Source of the DNA: a virus
Direction: 5' to 3' (one strand)
Length of the DNA: 64,000 bases
IMG/VR virus record: IMGVR_UViG_3300021365_000008
Location: 15,656-79,655 of that record
The notes beneath the pieces were generated by a model. The model searched no databases, had not been told where the DNA came from, and saw nothing but the letters and a program-made list of their open reading frames with translations. This document shows, in pieces, positions 47,054-56,329 of the stretch (its first letter is position 1; every line of letters starts with the position of its first letter). The position numbers and the translations under genes are program-made.

Positions 47054-47437
47054 ATGACTTTAAAAGAATGCCTAGAGGTCTATCAGGCCTTTCAGAAATT
47101 GAGCGCAATGAACTTGCCTCTGAAAAGCAGTTGGATGATTGCACAGAATATTTCTAAGCTAGAACCGATAATTGACTTATTTCAAAAGTCACGTAGCAAA
47201 TTCATTGACTCCTTACGGGAAAAGGCTAGCGTAGATGATCAAGGTAATCCATTAGTATCAGATGAACTATCAGCTGAATTCACAGCACAAATAGAGATTC
47301 TGTTAAACGAGGATCAAAAGGTCCGCTTAAAGAAGGTAACGCTTATTGATGACGGACAATTGTCTATTGAGCCAGGTATTCTTCTGGCTGCTATGGACTA
47401 CCTTATCGTAAAAGACAATGGCGATAAAGCTAGCTGA
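47054..47437 (+). CDS. Putative fibre chaperone (helical)
   Basis: NLPLKSSWMIAQNISKL...LLNEDQKV; located in the fibre cluster. Confidence 0.5.
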   Translation: MTLKECLEVYQAFQKLSAMNLPLKSSWMIAQNISKLEPIIDLFQKSRSKFIDSLREKASVDDQGNPLVSDELSAEFTAQIEILLNEDQKVRLKKVTLIDDGQLSIEPGILLAAMDYLIVKDNGDKAS

Positions 47438-48842
47438 TGTACTCAACAATGTAAATTCCGCATATCCGGTTATAAATGCTCATGAGCAAACAATCGTGGG
47501 CTTTTATAACGGGGCATCTTCTAGTGCTGCTACGTCATTACAACTTTATTGGTCGGGGGCTGAAAAACTCTTGTTGTCTTCTGATGGCACAACGCAAGGA
47601 ACTCTTTTTGCAACTTCTTTGCCGTACGCTACATCTACCTCTAATGGAGCAATAGCTTCGGATTTTGCTAATAAGCTTCTCACCGACAAAGGAGGAATTG
47701 TAACGGCCACAGATGACAAGTTAGATGGAGGTAATGGCGCTGTAGGGGCATATCTTGCACAGGTAGTAGGTGCAGGAACAGCTTCGGATACAGGCCGAGC
47801 ATCTATGAGCCGGTGGACTGAATTAATTCAGGACTTTGATATGTACGAGTCTATTGACTCTGCCGGCATTACAGATATTATTGATACAGCTAATGAGCAT
47901 TTTTATCTAGCTGGGTTTGATACTGCGAATAATAAAACTCGCAAGCTTTCTTGGGAAGATACAATTGGCGCCATTAATGGAGCATTAGTGCAAGAGTTGG
48001 TAAACTCTGGCATGATTACCAGTGCACAGGGAGGAGATAGTGGTTCAGGAACAATAGGCGATATTAACGGTGATGGGGAAGTTACCTCTGCAGATTTATT
48101 GCTGCTGCTGGGAGGGTTTGGAAATGAGGGAGCGGGTTCTTTTACTACAGCTCGAACCATTATGTCGGGAAGCGAAACATCTGCAACTGTTGCAGTAACA
48201 TCTACTGGTAGTACCTCTTCTGGTACTAATGGGACGTTTGTGCTATCAGACCTGACCACTTTTAATTACCCAGGTATATTAAGCTTGGCCGGAAATATTT
48301 ACGGATTTGGCACAGAGTCCTATTCTGTTAATGCGGCTAACGTATATAAATTGCAGGAGTGCACTGCATCAGCTTCAAATGCTAATATTTGGGGTAATAG
48401 GTATTTGTATGTGACTATGAATACTTCAGTTGAGTTTACTGGTCCTGATACTCTTTGGGCACTTATGCATGTTAAATTAATTGACAGTTCTGCAAGCAGT
48501 AATGAGGCAGAATGCGTGTATTATATGTCTCCAGGTGGTACAACTGGTAATCAAGGTTTAATAGCAAATGATGGTTCTGGTGTTGGGTTTCCTATAGGAG
48601 TTGTCAGTGACGTAGGGTGGGTTGCTAGCAGTAATCCGTCATATATCTCAGGTAATATTATTTCTGTTGCGGACAACTACCAAAATCATGCGGCTAGTTT
48701 AGAAAGTGGCTTTAGTTTGGCATTTAACAGCAGCCCGCTTGGAACTTACATAGAGGACGTAGAGATCAAGATTTTCTTTCATAGCATAAATCAAAACGTA
48801 GAAGTGACTGTAAACAATATTTTATTCGAGGTAAAGAGCTGA
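47418..48842 (+). CDS. Tail fibre protein with dockerin-like EF-hand
   Basis: N-terminus MAIKLADVLNN; GDINGDGEVTSADLLLLLGGFG. Confidence 0.7.
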   Translation: MAIKLADVLNNVNSAYPVINAHEQTIVGFYNGASSSAATSLQLYWSGAEKLLLSSDGTTQGTLFATSLPYATSTSNGAIASDFANKLLTDKGGIVTATDDKLDGGNGAVGAYLAQVVGAGTASDTGRASMSRWTELIQDFDMYESIDSAGITDIIDTANEHFYLAGFDTANNKTRKLSWEDTIGAINGALVQELVNSGMITSAQGGDSGSGTIGDINGDGEVTSADLLLLLGGFGNEGAGSFTTARTIMSGSETSATVAVTSTGSTSSGTNGTFVLSDLTTFNYPGILSLAGNIYGFGTESYSVNAANVYKLQECTASASNANIWGNRYLYVTMNTSVEFTGPDTLWALMHVKLIDSSASSNEAECVYYMSPGGTTGNQGLIANDGSGVGFPIGVVSDVGWVASSNPSYISGNIISVADNYQNHAASLESGFSLAFNSSPLGTYIEDVEIKIFFHSINQNVEVTVNNILFEVKS

Positions 48843-48846
48843 ACTT

Positions 48847-50061
48847 ATGGCGCGGTATAAGATATATGTAGAAAATGGTAGAGTGGTAGTTAGCCCTATA
48901 AGTAGCGGTGTAACTGTCACGCGCACTAGCCATTCCATATATGCGCAAACGCTTCAGTTGCCCGCGAATGGTTACTTAACAGCTTCTGTTGTAAATACCA
49001 ATAATATTCGTGTAGTTACTGCAACCGGTACAGTTCTTTTTAATGACATACCGTATGATAACTTAAGGACATATACCGGAGTAGCAATTAATACTAGTGC
49101 AGCGGCTACGGTTAATACGCTAAATGGCTCAGAGTATTTTGATTTTAGTGCAGACTTTGACTCGTTAACACAGTCGCATACTACTGAACTAGATGCAATT
49201 GCTGATGCGTTGTTGTATAGTAAAGGCGCAGGCACAGGTCCGCTTGGCATCTACTATAATGACCAAAAGGCTACTGACGAAAGCTATTTTGCAATTGATG
49301 CAGATGAAGCAACTGTTCAAGCTGCAAAGTACACTCGTGCAGTATTTTCAGAAACTAGTGGCATAGGAGATGTGTCTATCGGTGTCGGAGCCGGTACCTC
49401 GGGAAGTGAAATATTTACTGAGGTTTTTAACATTCGGGGAGATAACGCAGGGCGCACGGAAACAAACCACAAGGGCCACTTTAACATACTATCTACAACA
49501 GGCCAAGGTCAAGGAGCGTTGCGCTTTTATGAGTCATCAACCAATGGCACGAACTATATTGGATTTGTATCGCCTTCTTCCTTAAACGGCAACAAAACAT
49601 ATACGCTTCCGTCTGTCGATCCTACAGGAGGACAAGTATTGTCTAGTACTGCAGGAGGTTCAATGAGCTGGGTTACGAAGGATAACTACCAGTACTTTAA
49701 CTTAAAAACAGACGGTACTCAGCGAAAACAAATCGGCTCTACAAACGACTTAGACTTAAAAGGAACAGCAGGAAAAATCAGCTTATCTTATAGTGCAGGA
49801 GGTGTTGTTACATTTGACACGGCTGCATTATTTAATGTAGTAGACGATACCTCGCCGCAGTTGGGTGGCGATTTAGATGTACAAGCAAATGTCATTACTA
49901 CGTCTACTACAAATGGCAATATTGTACTAGATCCTAATGGAACCGGTGCAGTTGTTGCGAATGGGCATTTGCAGCTTGAAACGCAATCGGCTCCACCAGC
50001 TGCTATTTCTGGTGGGTTATATGCAGATAATAGCGATAATTTGTACTTTGGCGTGTCTTAA
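48847..50061 (+). CDS. Tail fibre protein
   Basis: YTLPSVDPTGGQVL, DDTSPQLGGDLD, IVLDPNGTG. Confidence 0.72.
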   Translation: MARYKIYVENGRVVVSPISSGVTVTRTSHSIYAQTLQLPANGYLTASVVNTNNIRVVTATGTVLFNDIPYDNLRTYTGVAINTSAAATVNTLNGSEYFDFSADFDSLTQSHTTELDAIADALLYSKGAGTGPLGIYYNDQKATDESYFAIDADEATVQAAKYTRAVFSETSGIGDVSIGVGAGTSGSEIFTEVFNIRGDNAGRTETNHKGHFNILSTTGQGQGALRFYESSTNGTNYIGFVSPSSLNGNKTYTLPSVDPTGGQVLSSTAGGSMSWVTKDNYQYFNLKTDGTQRKQIGSTNDLDLKGTAGKISLSYSAGGVVTFDTAALFNVVDDTSPQLGGDLDVQANVITTSTTNGNIVLDPNGTGAVVANGHLQLETQSAPPAAISGGLYADNSDNLYFGVS

Positions 50062-50092
50062 TTAACTTTACAATCAATAAAATTTATCAATC

Positions 50093-51235
50093 ATGGCTGC
50101 TTCATGGAAAAAAGTGCTTGTAGAAAGCGCTGACATATCAGTAGGTACTATAACTGCTACCTTAGCTGACGAGTCAACTGGCTTTGGCGTAAACTCTGTC
50201 GAGGTTGTTACCTCTGATACTAATGTGTTAAAGACTCGAACTTTACAGTTAGGATCAAATGCATTTAGCAACGACACGTTTCTCACTGGTAACCAAAATA
50301 TCGCTATAACTGGAGATGCAACGGGTTCGGGAACTACTTCAATAACTCTTACGCTTGGAGATGACGTTGTTGGTAATGCGCAACTCGACTTAGTAGATAG
50401 TAATAGTCCATCAAACGGAGATATCTTGTCATATGTTACTAGCGGAACTAATGGTGAGTTTCAGTGGGTTGCAAATACCGCGTCTGCTAACGATGCACTT
50501 ATTACACTTGACCCTGGAGCAGGTATTGGCGCTATTGGAAACTTCTCTACAAATCAGGGTAGCAATGAGACCCTCGTTATTGGCGTAGATGGCGTGCTTG
50601 AGGACTTAGATACTTTGGGTACTGTAGACGCTGCGAACAAGTTTATTGTTTCGTCTGGTGCTAATACATTTGCGTATCAAACTGCCGCACAGGTTCAAGC
50701 AACGTTAAGTTTAGAGGTAGGATCAGATGTCCAGGCTTATGACGCTGACCTGAGCGCTATTGCAGGGTTGTCTGCAGCCGACGGAAATATTATCGTCGGA
50801 AGTGCGGGTGGCTGGGTTGCTGAATCTGGCGATACAGCAAGAACTTCTCTTGGTCTTGGTACCGGCGATTCTCCTACGTTTGCCGGTTTGACTGTACAAG
50901 GCACAGTTACTACTTTGGATAGTACTAACGTTACTATCAAAGACCAGTTTATTTTATTGGCAGATGCAGAGACTCCTGCGAATGTTGATGGTGGTATTGT
51001 TGTAGTAGGAGCTGCAGATACTGTTGCTTTTGGGTGGGATGACGGTGAAGGTCGTTGGGCTATCCAAAATACAGGAGCAACGTCAGCCATGACTGCATTA
51101 AACCCATTTGGTTACATGAGTGTTGTTACGTCTGCTGGAGGTGATAGCGGTAGTGCCCCAAGTGGCTCTGCTAAAATTGGCAATATGTATGTCAATACGA
51201 CGACTAATTCGGAAGAGCTGTATATCTACTTCTAA
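50093..51235 (+). CDS. Tail fibre protein
   Basis: N-terminus MAASWKKV; VQAYDADLSAIAGL and LGTGDSPTFAGL fibre motifs. Confidence 0.72.
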   Translation: MAASWKKVLVESADISVGTITATLADESTGFGVNSVEVVTSDTNVLKTRTLQLGSNAFSNDTFLTGNQNIAITGDATGSGTTSITLTLGDDVVGNAQLDLVDSNSPSNGDILSYVTSGTNGEFQWVANTASANDALITLDPGAGIGAIGNFSTNQGSNETLVIGVDGVLEDLDTLGTVDAANKFIVSSGANTFAYQTAAQVQATLSLEVGSDVQAYDADLSAIAGLSAADGNIIVGSAGGWVAESGDTARTSLGLGTGDSPTFAGLTVQGTVTTLDSTNVTIKDQFILLADAETPANVDGGIVVVGAADTVAFGWDDGEGRWAIQNTGATSAMTALNPFGYMSVVTSAGGDSGSAPSGSAKIGNMYVNTTTNSEELYIYF

Positions 51236-51402
51236 TGGCGTTACTTAGCAATAGGCCAAAAGCCTCCGAAGCACCTTCATTAACTTTAAGCGAGATTGAC
51301 TTTCTCTTACGGCATCTGTCTAAGAGTCAATTTGATGGTAAGGACGTATTAGTCCTGCATAGTGTAGTACAGAAATTACAGAAACATTTAGAACAAGAGT
51401 GA
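51235..51402 (+). CDS. 55-aa helical microprotein (not in ORF track)
   Basis: MALLSNRPKASEAPSLTLSEIDFLLRHLSKSQFDGKDVLVLHSVVQKLQKHLEQE; stop/start overlaps at both ends. Confidence 0.75.
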   Translation: MALLSNRPKASEAPSLTLSEIDFLLRHLSKSQFDGKDVLVLHSVVQKLQKHLEQE

Positions 51403-51554
51403 TGAAACTAGGAATCAATGAAGTACACTTTGTACAGCAAGCAGTAAATAACGTTACTATCAAAGGATCTGATGCGCCGGTTGTTGCATCTTTAATTGAT
51501 AAGCTTGGTAAGGAGTTTGAGCGCCTACAAAAACTAGAGGATAAAAAAGCGTAA
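51402..51554 (+). CDS. 50-aa helical microprotein (not in ORF track)
   Basis: MKLGINEVHFVQQAVNNVTIKGSDAPVVASLIDKLGKEFERLQKLEDKKA; TGATG coupling. Confidence 0.75.
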   Translation: MKLGINEVHFVQQAVNNVTIKGSDAPVVASLIDKLGKEFERLQKLEDKKA

Positions 51555-51565
51555 ATATCTGATGA

Positions 51566-52345
51566 ATGGCAAGCTGGAAAAAAATAATTGCGGATGGCGC
51601 GTCATTGTTGGATATTGGCACACCTCAAAATACGGATAAGGTTCTGATCCAAGACGTAACAGATAATGTTATTAAGTACGTTGACTGGTCTAATGTTGGA
51701 GGTGGAAGTGGTATTACAGAAGTTGCTGATGATACCAGTCCAACGTTAGGGGGGCATCTTGCTACTGGAGGGAACCAAATACGCCTAGATACGAACAATG
51801 TTGGTATAATAGGAGTAAACACAGGGTCAAGTACTCTGGACGTTATTAAAGTTAATGCTTCGAATCAGGTACAGCTTGGTAGTAGTTCGTCACCAACTAG
51901 TAGTCCAGGCAAGACTATACTCGGGTCTAATTATCATGACACTACTAATATTAATGTTAGTACCCTTGGAACATATGGCGTGGGTTCAGATATTACAGAA
52001 TACGGAAATAGTACATCTACTTTTGCTGGGCGGGTATATTATCTTAATAGTACCGGAGGGTGGTCGAATGGTACGCCAACAACAGCAGCTGCGCAAGACA
52101 GCTTATTGACTATAGCCACGGGTGGCCTCAGCACACGTGGTATGCTTTTGCGAGGATTTGTTTGCGTTGCAGTAGGTAACCAAAGTGGTAGTTTAACTGT
52201 AGGCGCACCGGTATTTATGTCAAGTAACTCGTCTGTAACTGACGTTGCACCAACGGGCAATAATGTCTATCAACGAATTCTTGGACATGCAGTAGCTGCT
52301 AAAGTTATTTACTTTAATCCGTCTCAAGAAAATATTGAGTTGTAA
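51566..52345 (+). CDS. Tail fibre protein
   Basis: N-terminus MASWKKI; DDTSPTLGGHL; C-terminal GMLLRG...RILGHA...IYFNP. Confidence 0.72.
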   Translation: MASWKKIIADGASLLDIGTPQNTDKVLIQDVTDNVIKYVDWSNVGGGSGITEVADDTSPTLGGHLATGGNQIRLDTNNVGIIGVNTGSSTLDVIKVNASNQVQLGSSSSPTSSPGKTILGSNYHDTTNINVSTLGTYGVGSDITEYGNSTSTFAGRVYYLNSTGGWSNGTPTTAAAQDSLLTIATGGLSTRGMLLRGFVCVAVGNQSGSLTVGAPVFMSSNSSVTDVAPTGNNVYQRILGHAVAAKVIYFNPSQENIEL

Positions 52346-53163
52346 TGCCAGGCTCTATAGTATCTATATCGGGAGTTGCTATTGCAAATGTTGCTGGTAT
52401 ATCTGGAAGGGGAATAGCTAATATTGCAAGGTTTGCAGGTAGGCCTACCTCTCTGTATAGTCAAGAATGGGAGTTTGACAATCAGGCAGTAAATCTAACT
52501 AGTAGCGGTAATGGATGGTCCCCTACTGGAACACATTTGAACTGGGCCAGCGGAACAAACGCCTGTTCAGACACAAACAATAGGTGGTTTTCTACCTCTA
52601 CGAGAACAGCTACTGGTTTTCGTGTAGACTCAAACGCTACTGGATCTAACCAGACTGGTCCAGCTGGAGCACATAACGGTAGTGGGGGCCATGACACTGG
52701 TGCTAACACTAGGTATCTTTTTGCCGAGACGTCTGGAAGCTTAGATACCAACAATGTTTTCATCGCTAGGATGCCTGCGTTCAACCCAGGCGCGTCAATC
52801 ACAGATCAGACAAACAACTTAGACCTTAAGTTTTACATGCATGGATATGGAAGGGACTGTGGTTCTCTTTATGTGTATGTAAGCACTGAGTCAAGTACAA
52901 CTGACGGTTCGTCCAACACCACGCTTCTTTGTCAATACGACGGTAATGAGTCAAACAACACTACTTGGACTAGAAGTAGCGGAGCCAGCACCCCAAGCTC
53001 TGTGAATTTTAATGGTAACTCCTCGAGTTGGCAACAGATCACCGTCAGCTTGAACAGCATAAGAACGGATAAGGGTGATAGATACATATATTTCGTATAT
53101 GTCGGGACAGACAGCTTCAGGGGTGACCTATCTTTAGATACAATAACTATAGAGGAATCGTAA
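52345..53163 (+). CDS. MAM-domain fibre tip / putative receptor-binding protein
   Basis: TGP..AH...YLFAETS, FYMHGYG..CGSLYV, WQQITVSL, GDLSLDTI. Confidence 0.7.
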   Translation: MPGSIVSISGVAIANVAGISGRGIANIARFAGRPTSLYSQEWEFDNQAVNLTSSGNGWSPTGTHLNWASGTNACSDTNNRWFSTSTRTATGFRVDSNATGSNQTGPAGAHNGSGGHDTGANTRYLFAETSGSLDTNNVFIARMPAFNPGASITDQTNNLDLKFYMHGYGRDCGSLYVYVSTESSTTDGSSNTTLLCQYDGNESNNTTWTRSSGASTPSSVNFNGNSSSWQQITVSLNSIRTDKGDRYIYFVYVGTDSFRGDLSLDTITIEES

Positions 53164-53363
53164 TGCCACAACAAACAGCATGGTACTGCTGCGTCTCCGG
53201 GGCGTATAAAATCTTTGACGAGGCCAAGGAAAACGTTTTGGCCGTATACAAGGAGCATTCAATTCATGGAAATGATCACGAAGTAGGTCAACACTACGAA
53301 GGGACTTGGGATTCTGACGCACAGAGGTTCACCTTCCCCAACGGAGACTACCACCAACTTTAA
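53163..53363 (+). CDS. Small protein, possible fibre assembly chaperone
   Basis: 66 aa, coupled to the MAM gene; GTWDSDAQRF. Confidence 0.55.
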   Translation: MPQQTAWYCCVSGAYKIFDEAKENVLAVYKEHSIHGNDHEVGQHYEGTWDSDAQRFTFPNGDYHQL

Positions 53364-53372
53364 AGTAATAAT

Positions 53373-53897
53373 ATGATAAAGAAATCGTCCCATATGAAGC
53401 TGGAGCTGTATCGAATGGCAACAGGCAAGGACAGCTCACTAGGAACACTATTTATGAGTACCGGTGAGGGTGAAGGAAAAAGAAAGTATCTTTGTTTTAC
53501 CTTAGAAGATGAGTACCGCGAAGAAAAACTCATGCACGAAACGCGCATTCCAGCAGGTACTTATAATATAAAGCTACGTACAGTAGGCGGGTATAATCAG
53601 AAGTACTCGCATAGATTTAAAGATATACATGTAGGTATGCTGGAGTTGCAGGATGTGCCAAATTTTAAGTACATCTTAATTCACTGCGGCAACACAGACG
53701 ACCATACTTCTGGATGTTTACTTGTAGGCTATGGGCCGAAAAGAGTTTCTGGAGGAGAGTTTGAATTGTATAATAGCACCCAGGCGTATTTTGACGTGTA
53801 CCCGCCTATTGCAAACCATCTCGCGGATGGAGGTACCGTAACAATTGAAATAAATGACTTTGATGAAATTCCAGAATGGATGGGGCAACCCGAATAA
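53373..53897 (+). CDS. DUF5675 / L,D-peptidase-like endolysin
   Basis: CFTLED, IPAGTY, ILIHCGNT..HTSGCLLVG. Confidence 0.8.
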   Translation: MIKKSSHMKLELYRMATGKDSSLGTLFMSTGEGEGKRKYLCFTLEDEYREEKLMHETRIPAGTYNIKLRTVGGYNQKYSHRFKDIHVGMLELQDVPNFKYILIHCGNTDDHTSGCLLVGYGPKRVSGGEFELYNSTQAYFDVYPPIANHLADGGTVTIEINDFDEIPEWMGQPE

Positions 53898-54018
53898 ACA
53901 TAACGACAAGTTTATTTTTAAACTGCGCGTTGGCAAGCTGACTGTAGTTGACGTAATTGTCGACTTGAGCAGCAAAGTTTTTACTTTTACCTTATTGAAC
54001 TTTACAATTAAACTGTAA
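53863..54018 (+). CDS. 51-aa protein between endolysin and holin (not in ORF track)
   Basis: MKFQNGWGNPNKHNDKFIFKLRVGKLTVVDVIVDLSSKVFTFTLLNFTIKL; TAATG coupling to the holin. Confidence 0.65.
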   Translation: MKFQNGWGNPNKHNDKFIFKLRVGKLTVVDVIVDLSSKVFTFTLLNFTIKL

Positions 54019-54467
54019 TGGATAAAGTCCGCGATACCAAGCTCGGGTCGTGGCTAAAAGAGAAGGCTCCTAAGATTTTTGATTTAGTAGGCGACGCATT
54101 ACCAGATGCGGGTGTCTTAGGAGTAGTAAAGAATCTAATACATGCAGACAGCGGCCTAACCCCGGAGCAAAAATTAGAATTCGAAAAGCTCGAACAAGAA
54201 GAGCGTGTCTCGTTGGAAAACAACATTACCCAACGATGGACTGCAGATGTATCGAGTAAAAGCTGGCTGGCACGTAATATCCGACCGGCGATTGTTGCAA
54301 CATTGGTAGTGTTCCTTATTGTGTTTATTGTTATGGACACACTGTCGGTTGGTTACGAGGTGCGAGATATATGGGTAAAGATGTATGAAACTGTTTTGAT
54401 TACAGCAATTGGCGGCTATTTCGTAGTGCGATCAATTGATAAAAACCAACTACCATGGCAACGCTAA
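54018..54467 (+). CDS. Holin (3TM/GTA-type-like)
   Basis: RW.AD..S.SWLARNIRP, two TM helices, GGYFVVRSIDK. Confidence 0.8.
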   Translation: MDKVRDTKLGSWLKEKAPKIFDLVGDALPDAGVLGVVKNLIHADSGLTPEQKLEFEKLEQEERVSLENNITQRWTADVSSKSWLARNIRPAIVATLVVFLIVFIVMDTLSVGYEVRDIWVKMYETVLITAIGGYFVVRSIDKNQLPWQR

Positions 54468-55105
54468 ATGAAATCGTCTACAATATTGCAACTCAAGTAG
54501 AGAAAGCAGATGATGCTGTACTGCTGGAGCGATTAAAGTTTATGGTAGGGTACTACCGTGCCCAATTTATTAGGCAAGACCAGCGTCGTAATCATAGTTT
54601 GCCAAGTCAATTTGTTCAAAGTCTAGAGTGCTTAGAAATGGAGCAGGCGAATGCTATGGAGTGTTGTACTGTAGAAAATATAGGTTGTGAAGTATGGCGT
54701 ACAAAAAAAACATTACCGCGCACAGTTCGTATTTATGACGGCCAAGAATTTGTGTATGTCGGTACTGTAGATGGTAAGGAACCTTATCAACGTACAACAA
54801 GCGTACAGGTAGCTTATGCTGCCTACAGTAAATGGTCTAGTGACCAACCTAAGTACATCTATAAGAATGACCGGATATATGTGATGAATGCACGTCCGGC
54901 GGAAATTCTCGTAAAAGGAGTATTTGAACAACCGCAAGAGCTAGCTGGGTATTTGTGTTGCGATAATACAGCAGTCTTTACTGAAGACAAGCAATACCCT
55001 ATGTCTTTAGATATGACACAACGGGTAACTCAAAGTATCCTATCCAGTGAAATGCAATTAGAAAACCGGCAGAATGACAGCGACGAAGTACAGCTCAGTG
55101 AGTAA
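54455..55105 (+). CDS. Tail ring protein
   Basis: TLNEIVYNI, YYRAQFIRQD, VKGVFEQP, YPMS. Confidence 0.65.
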   Translation: MATLNEIVYNIATQVEKADDAVLLERLKFMVGYYRAQFIRQDQRRNHSLPSQFVQSLECLEMEQANAMECCTVENIGCEVWRTKKTLPRTVRIYDGQEFVYVGTVDGKEPYQRTTSVQVAYAAYSKWSSDQPKYIYKNDRIYVMNARPAEILVKGVFEQPQELAGYLCCDNTAVFTEDKQYPMSLDMTQRVTQSILSSEMQLENRQNDSDEVQLSE

Positions 55106-55532
55106 ATACAGCGCAAGGGATGCGTACAAATGGTTTAAGAAGAACAACCCAGAAACGACTATAACTTATACGCTGTATAAGCATATTATTAGTCAGTTCA
55201 ATAAGAAGATTTCCGACCGGCTTTTGGATGGCGAAGTCTTCAATATGGGTTATAAGCTGGGCACCATAAGAATTAAAAAGATACCGCGTACCTTTAACAA
55301 GTTGTCAGTAGACTGGGGCGAAACAAATCGTCTTAAGAAGCAAGGCATAAAGCAGCTAGTGTACTATACCGATGATTTCTACTATCGGTGGAATTGGGAT
55401 AAGAATCGCTGCTTAGTAAAAAACAAGAGTGTTTATACGTTTGCGCCTACTGCTGGATTGAAAGGCAATCGTCGCAAGTTAGTGTCCCGCCTGAAGTCAG
55501 ATGAATTTGCGTTTTTGAATTACAAGACATGA
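55074..55532 (+). CDS. IHF/HU-like protein
   Basis: IISQFNKKISDRLLDGEVFNMGYKLGTIRIKK. Confidence 0.7.
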   Translation: MTATKYSSVSKYSARDAYKWFKKNNPETTITYTLYKHIISQFNKKISDRLLDGEVFNMGYKLGTIRIKKIPRTFNKLSVDWGETNRLKKQGIKQLVYYTDDFYYRWNWDKNRCLVKNKSVYTFAPTAGLKGNRRKLVSRLKSDEFAFLNYKT

Positions 55533-56329
55533 TCTACAAAACTGTATCCGCCAAAGCCGTAATTGCTAAAGTCTTTCGGGACTTAAAACCTACTAGTGAT
55601 AACTGGGTAGGCGATGCAGTAGAGTGGATGGGAGAAGCTTTGGAATTCATAGGTTACCATACCGGTCTTGAAAAGAAAGCTAAGACTGTGACTGTTAGTA
55701 GCCATCGTGCTGCTTTGCCATGTGAGTTAGTAGACATCATACAAGTTGAGTATAACGGTAGTGCTTTGCCATACGGTACAGATACCACTAGCTATGATTT
55801 GCCCAATGCTCCACGGACAACGAACCCACAACCGTATACGGATACAGAGGTTGTGACCGGATCTGTTTTTGAAACTCAAGCAGCGGAACACCCTACTGGC
55901 AACGACACGTTTAAACAACGCCATAAAGTTAAGGCCGCAAGTTATGGCGGTGGAGACTATTACGTAATCAACCCAGACTATATTCAGACTTCTTTTGAAG
56001 ACGGTGATGTTAAAATCCATTTCACGGCATATCCACTTTGCGAAGATGGATATCCAAAAGTTCCTGATAATATTTACTACAAACAAGCTTTGGAATGGTA
56101 CATCATAAGACAGATGCTGATGGGCGGGTACACACATCCGTTTCTAAATTATGCAGTTGCGGATCAAAAGTGGGGGCACTACTGTGTCGCTGCCCAGAAC
56201 GACGCAGCATATCCGAGCATCGACAAGATGGAAGCATTCAAAAACATGTGGGTGCGCATGGTCCCGAATATAAATGCACACTCAGATTTCTTTATTGGGA
56301 ATAATACTCAAGAGCGTCTATTGCGATGA
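55529..56329 (+). CDS. Tail ring / gatekeeper protein
   Basis: W.GEAL..IG, LPCEL, IHFTAYP..EDGYPKVPD..YY..AL..YI. Confidence 0.72.
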   Translation: MIYKTVSAKAVIAKVFRDLKPTSDNWVGDAVEWMGEALEFIGYHTGLEKKAKTVTVSSHRAALPCELVDIIQVEYNGSALPYGTDTTSYDLPNAPRTTNPQPYTDTEVVTGSVFETQAAEHPTGNDTFKQRHKVKAASYGGGDYYVINPDYIQTSFEDGDVKIHFTAYPLCEDGYPKVPDNIYYKQALEWYIIRQMLMGGYTHPFLNYAVADQKWGHYCVAAQNDAAYPSIDKMEAFKNMWVRMVPNINAHSDFFIGNNTQERLLR

